In this document: piece by piece, positions 36,220 through 46,769 of the stretch
How positions within the stretch are numbered: the stretch's first letter is position 1
Layout: each line of letters begins with the position of its first letter
From: an uncultured Bacilli bacterium
GTDB lineage: Bacteria; Bacillota_I; Bacilli_A; RF39; UBA660
NCBI GenBank assembly: GCA_947625625.1
Contig: CANQPC010000004.1
Span: forward strand, 1-63,685
Direction of reading: 5' to 3'
Length of the DNA stretch: 63,685 nt
Position numbers and translations under genes: made by a program
Notes under the pieces: generated by a model
The model's database searches: none
The model's input: only the letters and a program-made list of their open reading frames with translations
What the model was told of the DNA's origin: nothing

Positions 36220-36248
36220 ATTATAATATATTTTATGATTACTGTCAA
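36220..36248 (-). promoter_or_regulatory. sigmaA promoter of the tyrS T-box leader
   Basis: Minus strand TTGACA (36248-36243), 17 nt spacer, TATAAT (36225-36220). Confidence 0.7.
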
Positions 36249-36310
36249 ATGTTTTTATAGATTATTTTTAAAACATTGTATTTTATTTTTAATTATTATA
36301 TAATTTATTT

Positions 36311-37021
36311 ATGAATTTAATTAAAGATAGTTGGAATAATAGTGATTATAATAATTTTATTAAATATTTATTTGAAATTAGAGATGTTAAATATGGTGAA
36401 TTTCATAGTAATTTGGGAATAGGAAGTAGTGTGATTGGAATTAGGACTCCTATTCTTAAAAGTATAGCTAAAGAGATAAGTAAGGGGAACTATAGAGAAT
36501 TTTTGAATAAACTTAGTAATGATTACTATGAGGAAATTACTTTATATGGCTTTATTGTCTGTGATATTGATGATATAGAGGAGAGTACTAAATATATTGA
36601 TATTTTTAAAAATAAAATTAATAATTGGGCTAGTTGTGATTTGTTTTGTTCTAGTTATAAGATTGTTAAAAAGAATAAAGAATATTTTTGGAAATACATT
36701 AATGATAATATAAGCGAAAATAATTTGTGGGTAAGGAGGATGTGTTTTGTACTTATATTATCATATTATGTTGATGAAAAATATTTAAAGGAAATTTTTA
36801 AATTGTGTGATAGTTATTGCTGTAGTGATTATTATGTGCAGATGGCAGTAGCTTGGCTTATATCAGTATGTTATATTAAATATCCAGAGACTACTACTAA
36901 ATATATAAGAAATAATAAATTGGATAATTTTACTCATAATAAAGCAATATCTAAGATAAGGGATTCATATAGAGTTGGTAGTGATGATAAAAATTATTTA
37001 AATAGTTTGAAAAGAAGATAA
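36311..37021 (+). CDS. DNA alkylation repair protein (AlkD-like HEAT-repeat family)
   Basis: Size, N-terminal pattern (NFIKYL...GIRTPILKSIAKEI) and W/R-rich helical repeats; recognised by eye only. Confidence 0.5.
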   Translation: MNLIKDSWNNSDYNNFIKYLFEIRDVKYGEFHSNLGIGSSVIGIRTPILKSIAKEISKGNYREFLNKLSNDYYEEITLYGFIVCDIDDIEESTKYIDIFKNKINNWASCDLFCSSYKIVKKNKEYFWKYINDNISENNLWVRRMCFVLILSYYVDEKYLKEIFKLCDSYCCSDYYVQMAVAWLISVCYIKYPETTTKYIRNNKLDNFTHNKAISKIRDSYRVGSDDKNYLNSLKRR

Positions 37022-37023
37022 AA

Positions 37024-37053
37024 AATCAAGGAAATATAAAATCCTTGATTTTT
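37024..37053. terminator. bidirectional terminator
   Basis: aatcaagga-(9 nt)-tccttgatt flanked by an A-run and a T-run. Confidence 0.65.
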
Positions 37054-37084
37054 AAATTTAATGAATATCTTACAAATGTAGTTA

Positions 37085-37882
37085 TTATTTTTCAATGTCT
37101 AATTTAACAATAATATTATCTTGCCAAAAATTATCAAAATCAATTTCGTATATTCCATTATCTTCATATAGAAAATATAAGTATTTTGTGTAACTTGCTT
37201 CGGGCCTTAATTCTCCGGCAAAATCAATGTCATCATCAAAATATGATGAAAGTTTTTTTACTTCTGTTCCTTGTGGACCATAAATATTGTATGAAAACAT
37301 ATTTAATGAGTTACTTTCATCACCAATATTTTTAATTGTAATTGGCATTTTGACGGCAGTTTGATTATGATATTCGGAAAACTCATTATCTACAGTATCG
37401 AAGCTATAATCGGGACCAATAGTTATTTCTAGGTCACTATACTCAAATGTTTCACCTAATTCATAATTATTGTCTTTCTTATTATCGTTATTATTTTCAG
37501 CATTTTCGGCATTATTGTTTGAGTTACTATCTTGCTTGTTAGTTGAATCACTCGAACTCATACTATTAAATAATATAATTAGGAATAATATTCCAAAGAC
37601 AACCGAGATGATGATTTTGGCCTTTTGGGGTAATCTTTTATTGTATTTAAACATGAAAAAGATACCTAGTGGTGCACAGAACACTAATGCTACCCACATA
37701 AACCATTCTTTTTCATAAAATTTAACCTCATTGGTATCTTTTTGACTTTCAGGTTGGTTGGAAATTACATCAAAATTACTTTGGTTTTCTATTATTTTTA
37801 GTTGTCTTCCACATTTAGGGCATACGATTGATTCTTTATCAATTTGTTCTCCACAAAATTTACAAAATTTTTTTTCTTCCAT
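37085..37882 (-). CDS. zinc-ribbon membrane protein with DUF4352-like extracellular domain
   Basis: FCKFCGEQIDKESIVCPKCG, 2 TM segments, Asn/Ser-rich linker, C-terminal beta-rich domain (ELGETFEYSDLEITIGP...ITIKNIGDES). Confidence 0.65.
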   Translation of the reverse strand: MEEKKFCKFCGEQIDKESIVCPKCGRQLKIIENQSNFDVISNQPESQKDTNEVKFYEKEWFMWVALVFCAPLGIFFMFKYNKRLPQKAKIIISVVFGILFLIILFNSMSSSDSTNKQDSNSNNNAENAENNNDNKKDNNYELGETFEYSDLEITIGPDYSFDTVDNEFSEYHNQTAVKMPITIKNIGDESNSLNMFSYNIYGPQGTEVKKLSSYFDDDIDFAGELRPEASYTKYLYFLYEDNGIYEIDFDNFWQDNIIVKLDIEK

Positions 37883-37926
37883 AATGACAAAATATTCCTT
37901 TCTACTTTTAATGTTTATTATGCATT

Positions 37927-38292
37927 TTAAACATAGTATGGATTTGGCTTACATAGAATTATAATGATGTCTATTAATATTCCTATTCCGAATAAGCCAA
38001 AAGTTAATATGTATAAAATTCCTAGACCTGCTTTTCCTTCATAAAATTTGTGTACTCCTAGACAACCGAAAAATATACATAGTATTAGTGCTATCCATTT
38101 GTCACATTTTTTGGAGGGTCCTGCTGCATTTACTGTGTTTGTATTTGTATTAGAATTGTTTATTATTATTTGAGGATTATTATTTGGTTTGGTGGTTTTG
38201 AGTTCTTCTACTTGATAACCACATTTGGGACAAATAACGGCATCATTATTTATTTTGTTTCCACAGTGTTCACAGAATTTGAGATTTTCCAT
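37927..38292 (-). CDS. zinc-ribbon + TM2-domain membrane protein
   Basis: FCEHCGNKINNDAVICPKCG. TM2 motif KWIALILCIFFGCLGVHKFYEGK. ATG 38292 after AGGAGG preferred over 38325. Confidence 0.7.
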   Translation of the reverse strand: MENLKFCEHCGNKINNDAVICPKCGYQVEELKTTKPNNNPQIIINNSNTNTNTVNAAGPSKKCDKWIALILCIFFGCLGVHKFYEGKAGLGILYILTFGLFGIGILIDIIIILCKPNPYYV

Positions 38293-38470
38293 AATTACCT
38301 CCTTCCTACTTCTTAAATTTAGCAAAGATAAATTAGATTATTATCTTTATCAACATTATAACATATCTTACTCGAATAGTGTAAGTATTTTTTCTAAAAA
38401 TAATGAGAAAATAAAAGTAGTGTCAATATGATGTATACTGTTTTGCTAATTTTAAGATTGGAGATTTGGT

Positions 38471-38710
38471 ATGTTTGACAGGAATAATGAAAATTATGTC
38501 TATGAGTTGGTAAGTAAGAATTTAAAAAAACAGAGAAAGTTAAAGGGATTGACTCAAGAACAATTGGCTCAAAAAGCATCATATTCAACTCAGTTTATTT
38601 CAAATATAGAGAGTAAGAATCATCAAACTTTTTCTTTAGGTACTTTATGGCGCCTTGCATTAATTTTAGAAGTAAATATATGTGTTTTCTTTGATGAGGA
38701 CGAAAAATAA
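38471..38710 (+). CDS. XRE-family HTH transcriptional regulator
   Basis: LKGLTQEQLAQKASYSTQFISNIES HTH_3 pattern. Confidence 0.75.
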   Translation: MFDRNNENYVYELVSKNLKKQRKLKGLTQEQLAQKASYSTQFISNIESKNHQTFSLGTLWRLALILEVNICVFFDEDEK

Positions 38711-38817
38711 GTTAAATATATCTTTTGAGAGATATATTTTTATTTATGATTTAATATAATAATTTACTTTTATTCTTTAGAATGTTATAATAAATGAAGA
38801 GAAAGAGGGATATTCTT

Positions 38818-39882
38818 ATGATAGATAGACTTAATGCTGTAGAAAAAAGATATAATGAAATTGAAGTAGAACTTACTACTCCCGAGGTAATTAACGATAT
38901 CAAGAAGATGACTCAATTATCAAAAGAGAGAACTGGTTTGGAAAAAACAGTCGAAGTGTATAGAAAATATAAAAAAGTTTTAGCGGATATCGAAGAGGCA
39001 AAAGAGATGCTTCATGATAAAGATATGAGTGATTTTGCTAAAGAGGAATTGACAAAGGCTGAAGAAGTAAAAGCTAATTTAGAGAAAGAATTAGAAATTT
39101 TATTGATACCACACGATCCTAACGACGATAAAAATGTTATTGTTGAAATTAGGGGTGCTGCTGGCGGTGATGAAGCTAATATTTTTGCGGGAGATTTATT
39201 TGATATGTATTCGCGATATGCTTCTAATGAGGGTTGGAAAATAGAAGTATTAAATGCTGTCGAAGGAGCCGCTGGGGGATATGCGCAGATCGAATTTATG
39301 ATAAAAGGTGAAGGAGTTTATTCAAAACTAAAGTATGAAAGTGGAGCACATAGAGTACAGAGAGTTCCTACGACAGAAAGTCAGGGAAGAGTACATACTA
39401 GTACCGCTACTGTTTTAGTTATGCCCGAAGCTGAGGAATTTGATTTTGAACTCGACGAATCAGAAGTTAGAATTGATATAACGAGAAGCAGTGGATGTGG
39501 AGGACAAGGTGTCAATACTACTGATAGTGCAGTTCGCCTTACGCATATTCCAACTGGTATTATTGTATATTCACAGACCGAGAGAAGTCAGATTAAAAAT
39601 AAAGAGCTTGCTTTTAAAATATTGAAGACAAGATTATATGATTTAAAGTTAAGGGAACAAGAGGAAAAAGAAGCGGCCGAGAGAAAAGTTAAGATTGGAA
39701 CGGGAGATAGAAGTGAAAAGATAAGAACTTATAATTATCCTCAGAATAGAATAACTGATCATAGAATAGGTTATACTTCGATGAATTTAGATAGAGTTAT
39801 GGCTAATGGAGATTTAAACGATTTAATTGAAGCTCTTATTAATGCCGACCAGAAGAAAAAATTGGAAGAGAGTGCAATATAA
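38818..39882 (+). CDS. prfA: peptide chain release factor 1
   Basis: [17 protein letters not shown], and GGQ motif [26 protein letters not shown] 38818 preferred over 38794. Confidence 0.95.
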   Translation: MIDRLNAVEKRYNEIEVELTTPEVINDIKKMTQLSKERTGLEKTVEVYRKYKKVLADIEEAKEMLHDKDMSDFAKEELTKAEEVKANLEKELEILLIPHDPNDDKNVIVEIRGAAGGDEANIFAGDLFDMYSRYASNEGWKIEVLNAVEGAAGGYAQIEFMIKGEGVYSKLKYESGAHRVQRVPTTESQGRVHTSTATVLVMPEAEEFDFELDESEVRIDITRSSGCGGQGVNTTDSAVRLTHIPTGIIVYSQTERSQIKNKELAFKILKTRLYDLKLREQEEKEAAERKVKIGTGDRSEKIRTYNYPQNRITDHRIGYTSMNLDRVMANGDLNDLIEALINADQKKKLEESAI

Positions 39883-39884
39883 TT

Positions 39885-40187
39885 ATGAAGAAACTTGCTT
39901 ATTTTAATTCTGATTTGGTTTGTTTGGAATGTGGTAATGTTTTTTCAACTACGAGAACATATTACGATTTTAAAAAATATGGATATGTTAAAAGCATGTG
40001 GTGTTATCGATGCAAGTGTGTGACTAGACATTATGATGTTGGTGATATTGATAGATTTATGTTTGATTCTGTATATAATGGAGAACTTAATCGCAATGGT
40101 GGTAATACGAAAAAATTGGAAACTAAAGTTAAAAAATTAGTTTTGAGGACAATGAACGATAAAAAGGGTAAAGATATAAATGAATGA
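39885..40187 (+). CDS. small Cys4 zinc-ribbon protein of unknown function
   Basis: CLECG...CYRCKC. Packed between prfA (2-nt gap) and prmC (8-nt overlap). Confidence 0.5.
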   Translation: MKKLAYFNSDLVCLECGNVFSTTRTYYDFKKYGYVKSMWCYRCKCVTRHYDVGDIDRFMFDSVYNGELNRNGGNTKKLETKVKKLVLRTMNDKKGKDINE

Positions 40188-40899
40188 CAAAGATGTGTTG
40201 TATTTAAAAAAATATTTACCTGATTATAAATATCAAGATGGCATAGAGAGATTAAAAAGAGGGGAAGCAGTACAATATATTGTCGGTAATGTTGATTTTT
40301 ATGGGTATAATTTTATTGTGAATAAAAATGTTTTAATACCTAGGTTTGAAACAGAACAACTGATAGAAAAAACTATTAAGCTGATAAAAAAGGAATTTAA
40401 CAAAAAGATAGATATTTTAGATATTGGAACTGGTAGTGGATGTATTGCTATTACTTTAAATAAAGAACTTGATAGTAATGTCGATGGAATTGATATATCT
40501 AATAAAGCTTTAGATGTGGCTAAGGAAAATAATTTAATAAATAAAAGTAAAGTGAATTTTTTTCAGAGTGATGTTTTTAGTAATGTTACTAAAAAATATG
40601 ATGTGATAATAAGTAATCCACCTTATATCGCAAAAGATGATGAAGTTATGGAAATAGTTTATAATAATGAACCTCATATTGCTTTATTTGCGGATAATAG
40701 AGGATTATATTTTTATGAAAAAATTATCAGTGAAAGTAAAAATTTTCTTAAAGATAAATTTATTATGGCTTTTGAGATAGGATACAATGAAGGCGTTGAA
40801 GTTAAAAAAATAGCTAATAGGTATTTTAAAAATGCAATAGTTACTGTCGAAAAAGATTACAATGATTTTGATAGATTTGTTTTTATAATTGGAAGGTGA
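40180..40899 (+). CDS. prmC: release factor glutamine methyltransferase PrmC (HemK), short form
   Basis: PRFETE, DIGTGSGCIAI, NPPYI motifs. Confidence 0.9.
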   Translation: MNDKDVLYLKKYLPDYKYQDGIERLKRGEAVQYIVGNVDFYGYNFIVNKNVLIPRFETEQLIEKTIKLIKKEFNKKIDILDIGTGSGCIAITLNKELDSNVDGIDISNKALDVAKENNLINKSKVNFFQSDVFSNVTKKYDVIISNPPYIAKDDEVMEIVYNNEPHIALFADNRGLYFYEKIISESKNFLKDKFIMAFEIGYNEGVEVKKIANRYFKNAIVTVEKDYNDFDRFVFIIGR

Positions 40900-40906
40900 G
40901 AATAAT

Positions 40907-41194
40907 ATGGTTTGTGCTGGATGTAAAAATTTAGATACAAAAAAGAAAGTTGACGGATCAGTTAGCGGTACTAAATATTACTGTAAAAAAAATAAAAAAT
41001 ATATTTCTGGTTCAATGGAAGTTTGTCCTAAATTTGCAAAAAGTTATCGTGATACTGATACTTACAATAAAATATATGAAGAGGGAGAAAAATGGGATGA
41101 CGATAATACCTCTCCATTTGCATACTTTATTATCGCTATTATTTTACTTATAGTTTTAGCGTTAGTATATTTATTTAATCCTGAACTCTATTAA
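40907..41194 (+). CDS. small Cys-rich membrane-anchored protein
   Basis: MVCAGCKN...YYCKK...CPKF followed by a C-terminal TM segment. ATG 40907 follows AAGGTGAG. Confidence 0.5.
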   Translation: MVCAGCKNLDTKKKVDGSVSGTKYYCKKNKKYISGSMEVCPKFAKSYRDTDTYNKIYEEGEKWDDDNTSPFAYFIIAIILLIVLALVYLFNPELY

Positions 41195-41268
41195 AATTTA
41201 ATGCATAAAAAAAGCAAAAAATTATTTTTGAAGTTGTGACTTTTAAAATTTTTTTGCTTTTTATTTTA

Positions 41269-43233
41269 TTATTCGATATTTTCTTCTTTAAAGACGGAAT
41301 CTAAGTCTTTTGATACATAAGTAGTTGTCGGTTCTGTTCCTTTTAGATAGAAAAACATTTCTTTTTTTTCGGTATCTTCTTCCGCTATAAGGCCAGTTAT
41401 GGGATTAACTAAAACGCCGACAACATTTTCTGGGACTTCGTACCATGAGGCTTCATGGTCCTTAAAATAGGATTCCATGGTGTCAATCCAAATGTTTTTG
41501 TGATAAGAGTAATCACTACTTTCGACAGTACTATTGTCATCATAGCCATTCCATACCCCTAAAACAACATCTTTGTTATAACCCATAATCCAGAGATCTG
41601 TATCAGTGGTTCCTGATTTAATAGAATATTTATGAGTAATATTAGGTAAAAGTGATATTAAGGTTGGGTAGTTATAATCGATAAAGTTTTTATTATATGT
41701 ATATGTTAGCATTTCGTTTAAAATGTATGTTAAACTGGAATTGAGAATGGCTTCGGTTTCTTCTTTATTTTCATAGAGAATGTTACCTTTTGAATCTTCA
41801 ATTCGTTTAATGAAATGTGGAGTAACTTTATAGCCTAAATTGGCAAATGAGGAATAACCTGTTGCCATTTCAATTAAACTTATTTCTTCAGTACCTAGTG
41901 CTAAAGATGGAATAGGGGTTAAGTCACTTGTTATTCCAACTCTTTTAGCGGTATTTACTAGCATGTTTTCTCCGAGAAAAAGATGAGTTTTAACAGCGTA
42001 AATATTATCGGAATAGGAAATAGCGGCGGCCATAGATATTGGACCTTCGGCATAGTTGTCATTATAATTTTTGGGACTATATTTTTTATCTCCTGAAAAT
42101 GTAAAGGTTGTTTTTTCGCTGGTAAAAGATGATGAGGCAGTAAAGCCACTTTCGAGGGCTGTATAATATAAAAATGGTTTCATCGTCGAGCCAACTTGCC
42201 TTTTGGAATTTATTGCTCGATTAAACTGACTTTTGCTGTAGTCATTACCTCCAATTAGGGCCATTACTCCTCCTGTATTGGGATTCATCATAATAGCGGC
42301 TGTTTCAACTTTGGTGTCTTCATTTATGTAATTGTAAAAAGACTTTTCGAGATCCTCTTGAGCTTCGGTATCAAGAGTTGTATATATACGTAGTCCTCCT
42401 GTTTCAATTAAAGAATTTGGTATTTCTTTAATGTCTTCTAATTCTGACAAGACGGCATCACGGAAATAGCCAATACTAGTTAGATTACTATTTTGTGATT
42501 TTCCAATTATAGTTAGTTGTTCGGCAATGGCTTCTTTATATTCAGTGTCATTTATTATTTTGTTGTTTTTCATCATGAGGAGAACAACTTTTTGCCTATC
42601 TTTAGCTAATTCATAATTTTTAGTAGGAGAATAATTACTCGGTGATTGGGGTATTCCCGCTAGCATGGAGGCTTCGGCAATAGATAAATCGGAAGCGGAT
42701 TTTCCAAAGTAGTATTTTGATGCGGCTTCAATTCCATAAATACCTCCATAATTAATTGTATTTAGATATCCTTCCAAGATTTCATCTTTAGTATAATGAA
42801 CTTCTAGTTCAAAGGCAAGAATAGCCTCGTCTATTTTTCTTTTCCACGTCTTATCAAAATTTAAGAAAAGGTTTCGAGCATATTGCTGGGTAATTGTCGA
42901 TGCTCCCTCGCTTTTACTATTATTTATGATGTTGGTAAAAGCGGCTTTAATAATTCGTAAATAGTCGAAACCTATGTGTTTGTAAAAGTATTTATCTTCG
43001 GTAGCAATGGTAGCATTAATTAGGTTTTGACTTATTTTTTCTAAGGGAATCCAATCGTCATCAGTTTGAAAGACAAGTTCTTCTTCTTGGTCGTATAGAT
43101 AAAATGAACTATCTTTATTTATTTCCATCTTTGGCGTGATAAGACAGTATATATATATTGCTATGTGGGAAAATATAAATATGACAATTGGAATAAGAAA
43201 GATTTTTAATATTTTTTTTAGTTTTTTCTTCAT
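41269..43233 (-). CDS. class A penicillin-binding protein (glycosyltransferase GT51 + transpeptidase)
   Basis: GT51 motifs EDKYFYKHIGFD, GASTITQQ, RKIDEA. Transpeptidase motifs STMKP, SDN, KSGTT. Confidence 0.92.
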   Translation of the reverse strand: MKKKLKKILKIFLIPIVIFIFSHIAIYIYCLITPKMEINKDSSFYLYDQEEELVFQTDDDWIPLEKISQNLINATIATEDKYFYKHIGFDYLRIIKAAFTNIINNSKSEGASTITQQYARNLFLNFDKTWKRKIDEAILAFELEVHYTKDEILEGYLNTINYGGIYGIEAASKYYFGKSASDLSIAEASMLAGIPQSPSNYSPTKNYELAKDRQKVVLLMMKNNKIINDTEYKEAIAEQLTIIGKSQNSNLTSIGYFRDAVLSELEDIKEIPNSLIETGGLRIYTTLDTEAQEDLEKSFYNYINEDTKVETAAIMMNPNTGGVMALIGGNDYSKSQFNRAINSKRQVGSTMKPFLYYTALESGFTASSSFTSEKTTFTFSGDKKYSPKNYNDNYAEGPISMAAAISYSDNIYAVKTHLFLGENMLVNTAKRVGITSDLTPIPSLALGTEEISLIEMATGYSSFANLGYKVTPHFIKRIEDSKGNILYENKEETEAILNSSLTYILNEMLTYTYNKNFIDYNYPTLISLLPNITHKYSIKSGTTDTDLWIMGYNKDVVLGVWNGYDDNSTVESSDYSYHKNIWIDTMESYFKDHEASWYEVPENVVGVLVNPITGLIAEEDTEKKEMFFYLKGTEPTTTYVSKDLDSVFKEENIE

Positions 43234-43335
43234 TAATATTACCTCTTTTCAAGTATTTATATATGACATTTATTATTATGTAAAAAAATGTTTAAAATAT
43301 GTTGTAATTTTTTATAAGATATGTTATGATTTCAT

Positions 43336-43725
43336 GTGAAATGTTTGGAAGTGATTTATATAAGAGTTAAAGTTAAAGGACACCTAAGGAATATTTCTTC
43401 TTCAGAAGTTAGTAACTTTGATGAAAAAGGAATAAAAAATAAAAATAAAATTACATATAATAATGATAATATTAAAAATACAATTAAATTTAATAATAAA
43501 GAAGTAATACTAATTAGAGAAGGAATAGACTTTATAAATACTTTTATTTTTAATGAAGAAAAGAGTTATAGTAACTATTTATTAAAAGATAATAATTATA
43601 GTTTTGATATTGATGTTACTACATTAAAAGTAAGTGTTAAAGATAATAGTGTTATGATTAAATATAAAATAGATGAAACTGACATGCAATATGAATTTTA
43701 TATAGAAGTGAGTGAAATATTATGA
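43336..43725 (+). CDS. DUF1934 (YwiB-like) protein
   Basis: Small beta-rich protein immediately upstream of, and overlapping, argS, as in Bacilli. Confidence 0.6.
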   Translation: MKCLEVIYIRVKVKGHLRNISSSEVSNFDEKGIKNKNKITYNNDNIKNTIKFNNKEVILIREGIDFINTFIFNEEKSYSNYLLKDNNYSFDIDVTTLKVSVKDNSVMIKYKIDETDMQYEFYIEVSEIL

Positions 43726-45329
43726 GTATAAAAACAAAACTAGAGAGTATTATAAGAATGTCTTTACCAGAAGTTATTTCTGATGAAAAGATAGTTATCG
43801 ACATTCCTAAAGATAAAAAAAATGGTGATTATTCTTCGAATATTGCTTTTTTACTTGCTGGTAAATTGAAAAAAAGTCCAATGGAAATTGCTAATGATAT
43901 TAAAGAGAAGATAAATGATGAGATGATAGAAAAAGTTGAAATAGCAAATCCTGGATTTATAAATATTTATTTATCTAAGAAATTCCTAACTGATAGTATT
44001 ATTACTATCATAAATGAAGGTAAGAATTATGGTAAGAATTCTTATGGTAAAGGAAAAAGAGTTAATATTGAATATGTCAGTGCTAATCCTACCGGTACTT
44101 TACATATCGGACATGGTAGGGGTGCAGTCTATGGTGATAATTTATCGAGAATTATGAGTTTTGCCGGATATGATGTAACTAGAGAATATTATATTAATGA
44201 TGCTGGAAATCAGATGTATAACCTTGGAATATCGATAAAAGAAAGATATAAGGAAAGATGTGGAAAAGATTTTGCTATTCCAGATAATGGATATCATGGT
44301 AATGAACTTATTCCAATAGCAGATAGTCTTTACAAAATGTATGGTGATAGTAAATTAGATGAAGATGTTGAATTCTTTAAAAAAGAAGGACTAGATATTC
44401 TACTTGATGGAATAAAGAAAGACCTAGATAAATTTAGAGTTAATTTTGATGTATTTACTAGTGAACAGTCACTATATGATAGGGGGCTTATCGATACTAC
44501 TCTTACGAAGCTTCAGAGGAGTGGAAAATGTTATATTAATGATGGAGCTCTATGGCTTAGAACAACTGATTTATATGATGAAAAAGATAGAGTACTCATA
44601 AAGAGTGATGGTAATTATACTTATTTATTACCTGATATTGCTTATCATGGAGATAAACTAGAGAGAAAATATGATCTATTAATAGATGTCTTTGGATCAG
44701 ATCATCATGGATATATTAATAGGCTTAAATCTTCCCTCGATATTTTGGGATTTGATTCATCAAAATTAGATATTAGAATTCTTCAAATGGTAAGACTTCT
44801 TCGTAATGGTGAAGAGATTAAGCTCAGTAAGAGAACAGGGAAGACAATTACTCTAAACGAGCTTATTTCGGAAGTTGGTGTCAATGCTTCGAGGTATTTT
44901 TTTGCTTCAAAAAGTTTAGATACACAGATGGATTTCGACTTGGATTTGGCGGTTAAGAACAGCAATGAAAATCCTGTGTATTATATTGAATATGCCAATG
45001 CTAGAATATCATCAATAATTAGAAAAAATCAGTATGAAATGGTCGATAAGTTTAGTACTACTTTTAGTGAACATGCATATATTATCATGAAGAAATTAGT
45101 AGAGTTTGAAGATATAATAGTAGGAGCCGCTACGAAAGGACTTCCTCATCTTATAGCTAATTATTTATACGAACTTGCTAGTTTGTTTCACAGTTACTAT
45201 TCTGCTGAAAAAATAGTTACTGATGATGATGTAAGTACGAAAGAGAGAATAGCATTACTAAAGGCTATAAAAATAGTTATGAATAATGCTTCAGATATGA
45301 TTGGAATTATACTTAGAGAGGAAATGTAG
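43722..45329 (+). CDS. argS: arginyl-tRNA synthetase (housekeeping, Bacillus-type)
   Basis: ANPGFINIYL, HIGH = TLHIGHGRGAVYG, DALR domain, terminal ...REEM. ywiB-argS-rpoE synteny. Confidence 0.95.
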   Translation: MSIKTKLESIIRMSLPEVISDEKIVIDIPKDKKNGDYSSNIAFLLAGKLKKSPMEIANDIKEKINDEMIEKVEIANPGFINIYLSKKFLTDSIITIINEGKNYGKNSYGKGKRVNIEYVSANPTGTLHIGHGRGAVYGDNLSRIMSFAGYDVTREYYINDAGNQMYNLGISIKERYKERCGKDFAIPDNGYHGNELIPIADSLYKMYGDSKLDEDVEFFKKEGLDILLDGIKKDLDKFRVNFDVFTSEQSLYDRGLIDTTLTKLQRSGKCYINDGALWLRTTDLYDEKDRVLIKSDGNYTYLLPDIAYHGDKLERKYDLLIDVFGSDHHGYINRLKSSLDILGFDSSKLDIRILQMVRLLRNGEEIKLSKRTGKTITLNELISEVGVNASRYFFASKSLDTQMDFDLDLAVKNSNENPVYYIEYANARISSIIRKNQYEMVDKFSTTFSEHAYIIMKKLVEFEDIIVGAATKGLPHLIANYLYELASLFHSYYSAEKIVTDDDVSTKERIALLKAIKIVMNNASDMIGIILREEM

Positions 45330-45340
45330 GAGGAATTAAT

Positions 45341-45787
45341 ATGCTTAGTAAAATGAGTAAAGAAAATTTAGAATTACTTTCTTATGCTAAAATAGCGGAA
45401 ATGTATTTAGCTGAAAATAAGAAAACAATGAATACTGCTGACTTATTTAAAGAGGTATGTAAGTTATTGGATTTAAGTGAAGATGAATATCAAGAAAAAA
45501 TTGGAGATTTCTTTGAATCTTTGACAACTTCGAAGGATTTTATTCTTCTTAATGATGGGAATTGGGATTTAAAAGCAAATCATTCGGTTAAAATTGATAT
45601 TGATGATATATATGAAGAATCTGATACTAGTGAAGAAGATGATGATATGACTTCTTCAGATGATTTAAGTGAAGAAGATAACTATGAAGATGATAGTTAT
45701 GAAACTGATATAACTGATGATGATTTAACAGATGACGACTATGGTGATTTGACAATAGTTGATGATGATGAACTAGAAGAAAACTAG
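45341..45787 (+). CDS. rpoE: DNA-directed RNA polymerase delta subunit
   Basis: HARE-HTH N-domain (LSYAKIAEMYL...NWDLK) plus a long Asp/Glu tail. Confidence 0.88.
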   Translation: MLSKMSKENLELLSYAKIAEMYLAENKKTMNTADLFKEVCKLLDLSEDEYQEKIGDFFESLTTSKDFILLNDGNWDLKANHSVKIDIDDIYEESDTSEEDDDMTSSDDLSEEDNYEDDSYETDITDDDLTDDDYGDLTIVDDDELEEN

Positions 45788-45848
45788 TTCTTTTTATTTT
45801 ATTAACATAAAAAGCTTTTTGAGGCATATGATTTTGTGGAGGCCTCTT

Positions 45849-46769
45849 ATGAAAAGAAAAGTAAGAATTGGAATACCTAGAGCTTTACTATATTACCGAA
45901 GAAATATATTTTGGAAGAGTTTTTTTGAGGAAATAGGGGCAAATGTCGTATTAAGCCCAATTACTAATAGAGATATTATTGAAAGAGGGAAAAAATATTC
46001 GGTAGATGAATCTTGTCTTCCTTCAAAGATTTATTTAGGACATATTAGTTACTTGGTCGATAAATGTGATTATATTTTGATACCTAGAGTTAGTAATTAT
46101 GGAAGAAAAAAGAGAGTCTGTATGAAATTTTATGGTCTTTTAGATAATGTTTCTAATATGTATCCGGAAGTTAAGATTTTAAGCTACAATATTGATTATT
46201 TGAAGGGTCATTTTGATTTTTTGGAAATGGTAAAGTTGGGTTTAAAAATTAATAAAAATATTGTCAGAGTGATATGGGCTTATTTTAGTAGTAAGAGGAA
46301 GGAAAAAAGACATCGTATTTCTCTGATTAACGAGCAAATTAATGTTCTTAAAAGTAATAAATTAAAAATTTTAATTGTAGCCCATCCGTATGTTATATAT
46401 GATGAATATTTGGGAAAAGATATCGTTAATTATCTAAAAGAAATGGAAGTACAAATTTTATATTCAGATAGATTAAGCCGCAAAGAAGCTATTTCTTATA
46501 GTAGTGATTTTTCAAAGACATTGTATTGGCTTTATGCTAAAGAAAATATTGGAAGTGTCTTTTATTATAAAGAGGCTATTGATGGAATTATTTTTTTGTC
46601 TTCATTTCCTTGTGGTATAGATTCACTTGTCAATGAGCTTGCCATTAGAAAGATAAATAACATTCCCTCAATTAATATTATTTTGGACGAGACAAATGCT
46701 TTAGCTGGTCTTCATACTAGATTAGAAAGTTTTATTGATATTATAAAGGCAAGGAGAGAAAATGAATAG
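45849..46769 (+). CDS. acyl-CoA dehydratase activase-related protein (DUF2229-like)
   Basis: VRIGIPRALLYYR...WKSFFEEIGANVV...DESCLPSKIYLGH pattern. ATG 45849 follows GGAGG. Confidence 0.55.
   Translation: MKRKVRIGIPRALLYYRRNIFWKSFFEEIGANVVLSPITNRDIIERGKKYSVDESCLPSKIYLGHISYLVDKCDYILIPRVSNYGRKKRVCMKFYGLLDNVSNMYPEVKILSYNIDYLKGHFDFLEMVKLGLKINKNIVRVIWAYFSSKRKEKRHRISLINEQINVLKSNKLKILIVAHPYVIYDEYLGKDIVNYLKEMEVQILYSDRLSRKEAISYSSDFSKTLYWLYAKENIGSVFYYKEAIDGIIFLSSFPCGIDSLVNELAIRKINNIPSINIILDETNALAGLHTRLESFIDIIKARRENE

Noticed and set aside
43234-43721. T-box leader for either argS copy (also checked 21439-21460)
   Set aside because: No GGTGGTACC-type T-box sequence or terminator/antiterminator pair is present. 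The element argS has only a 22-nt gap to the upstream gene.
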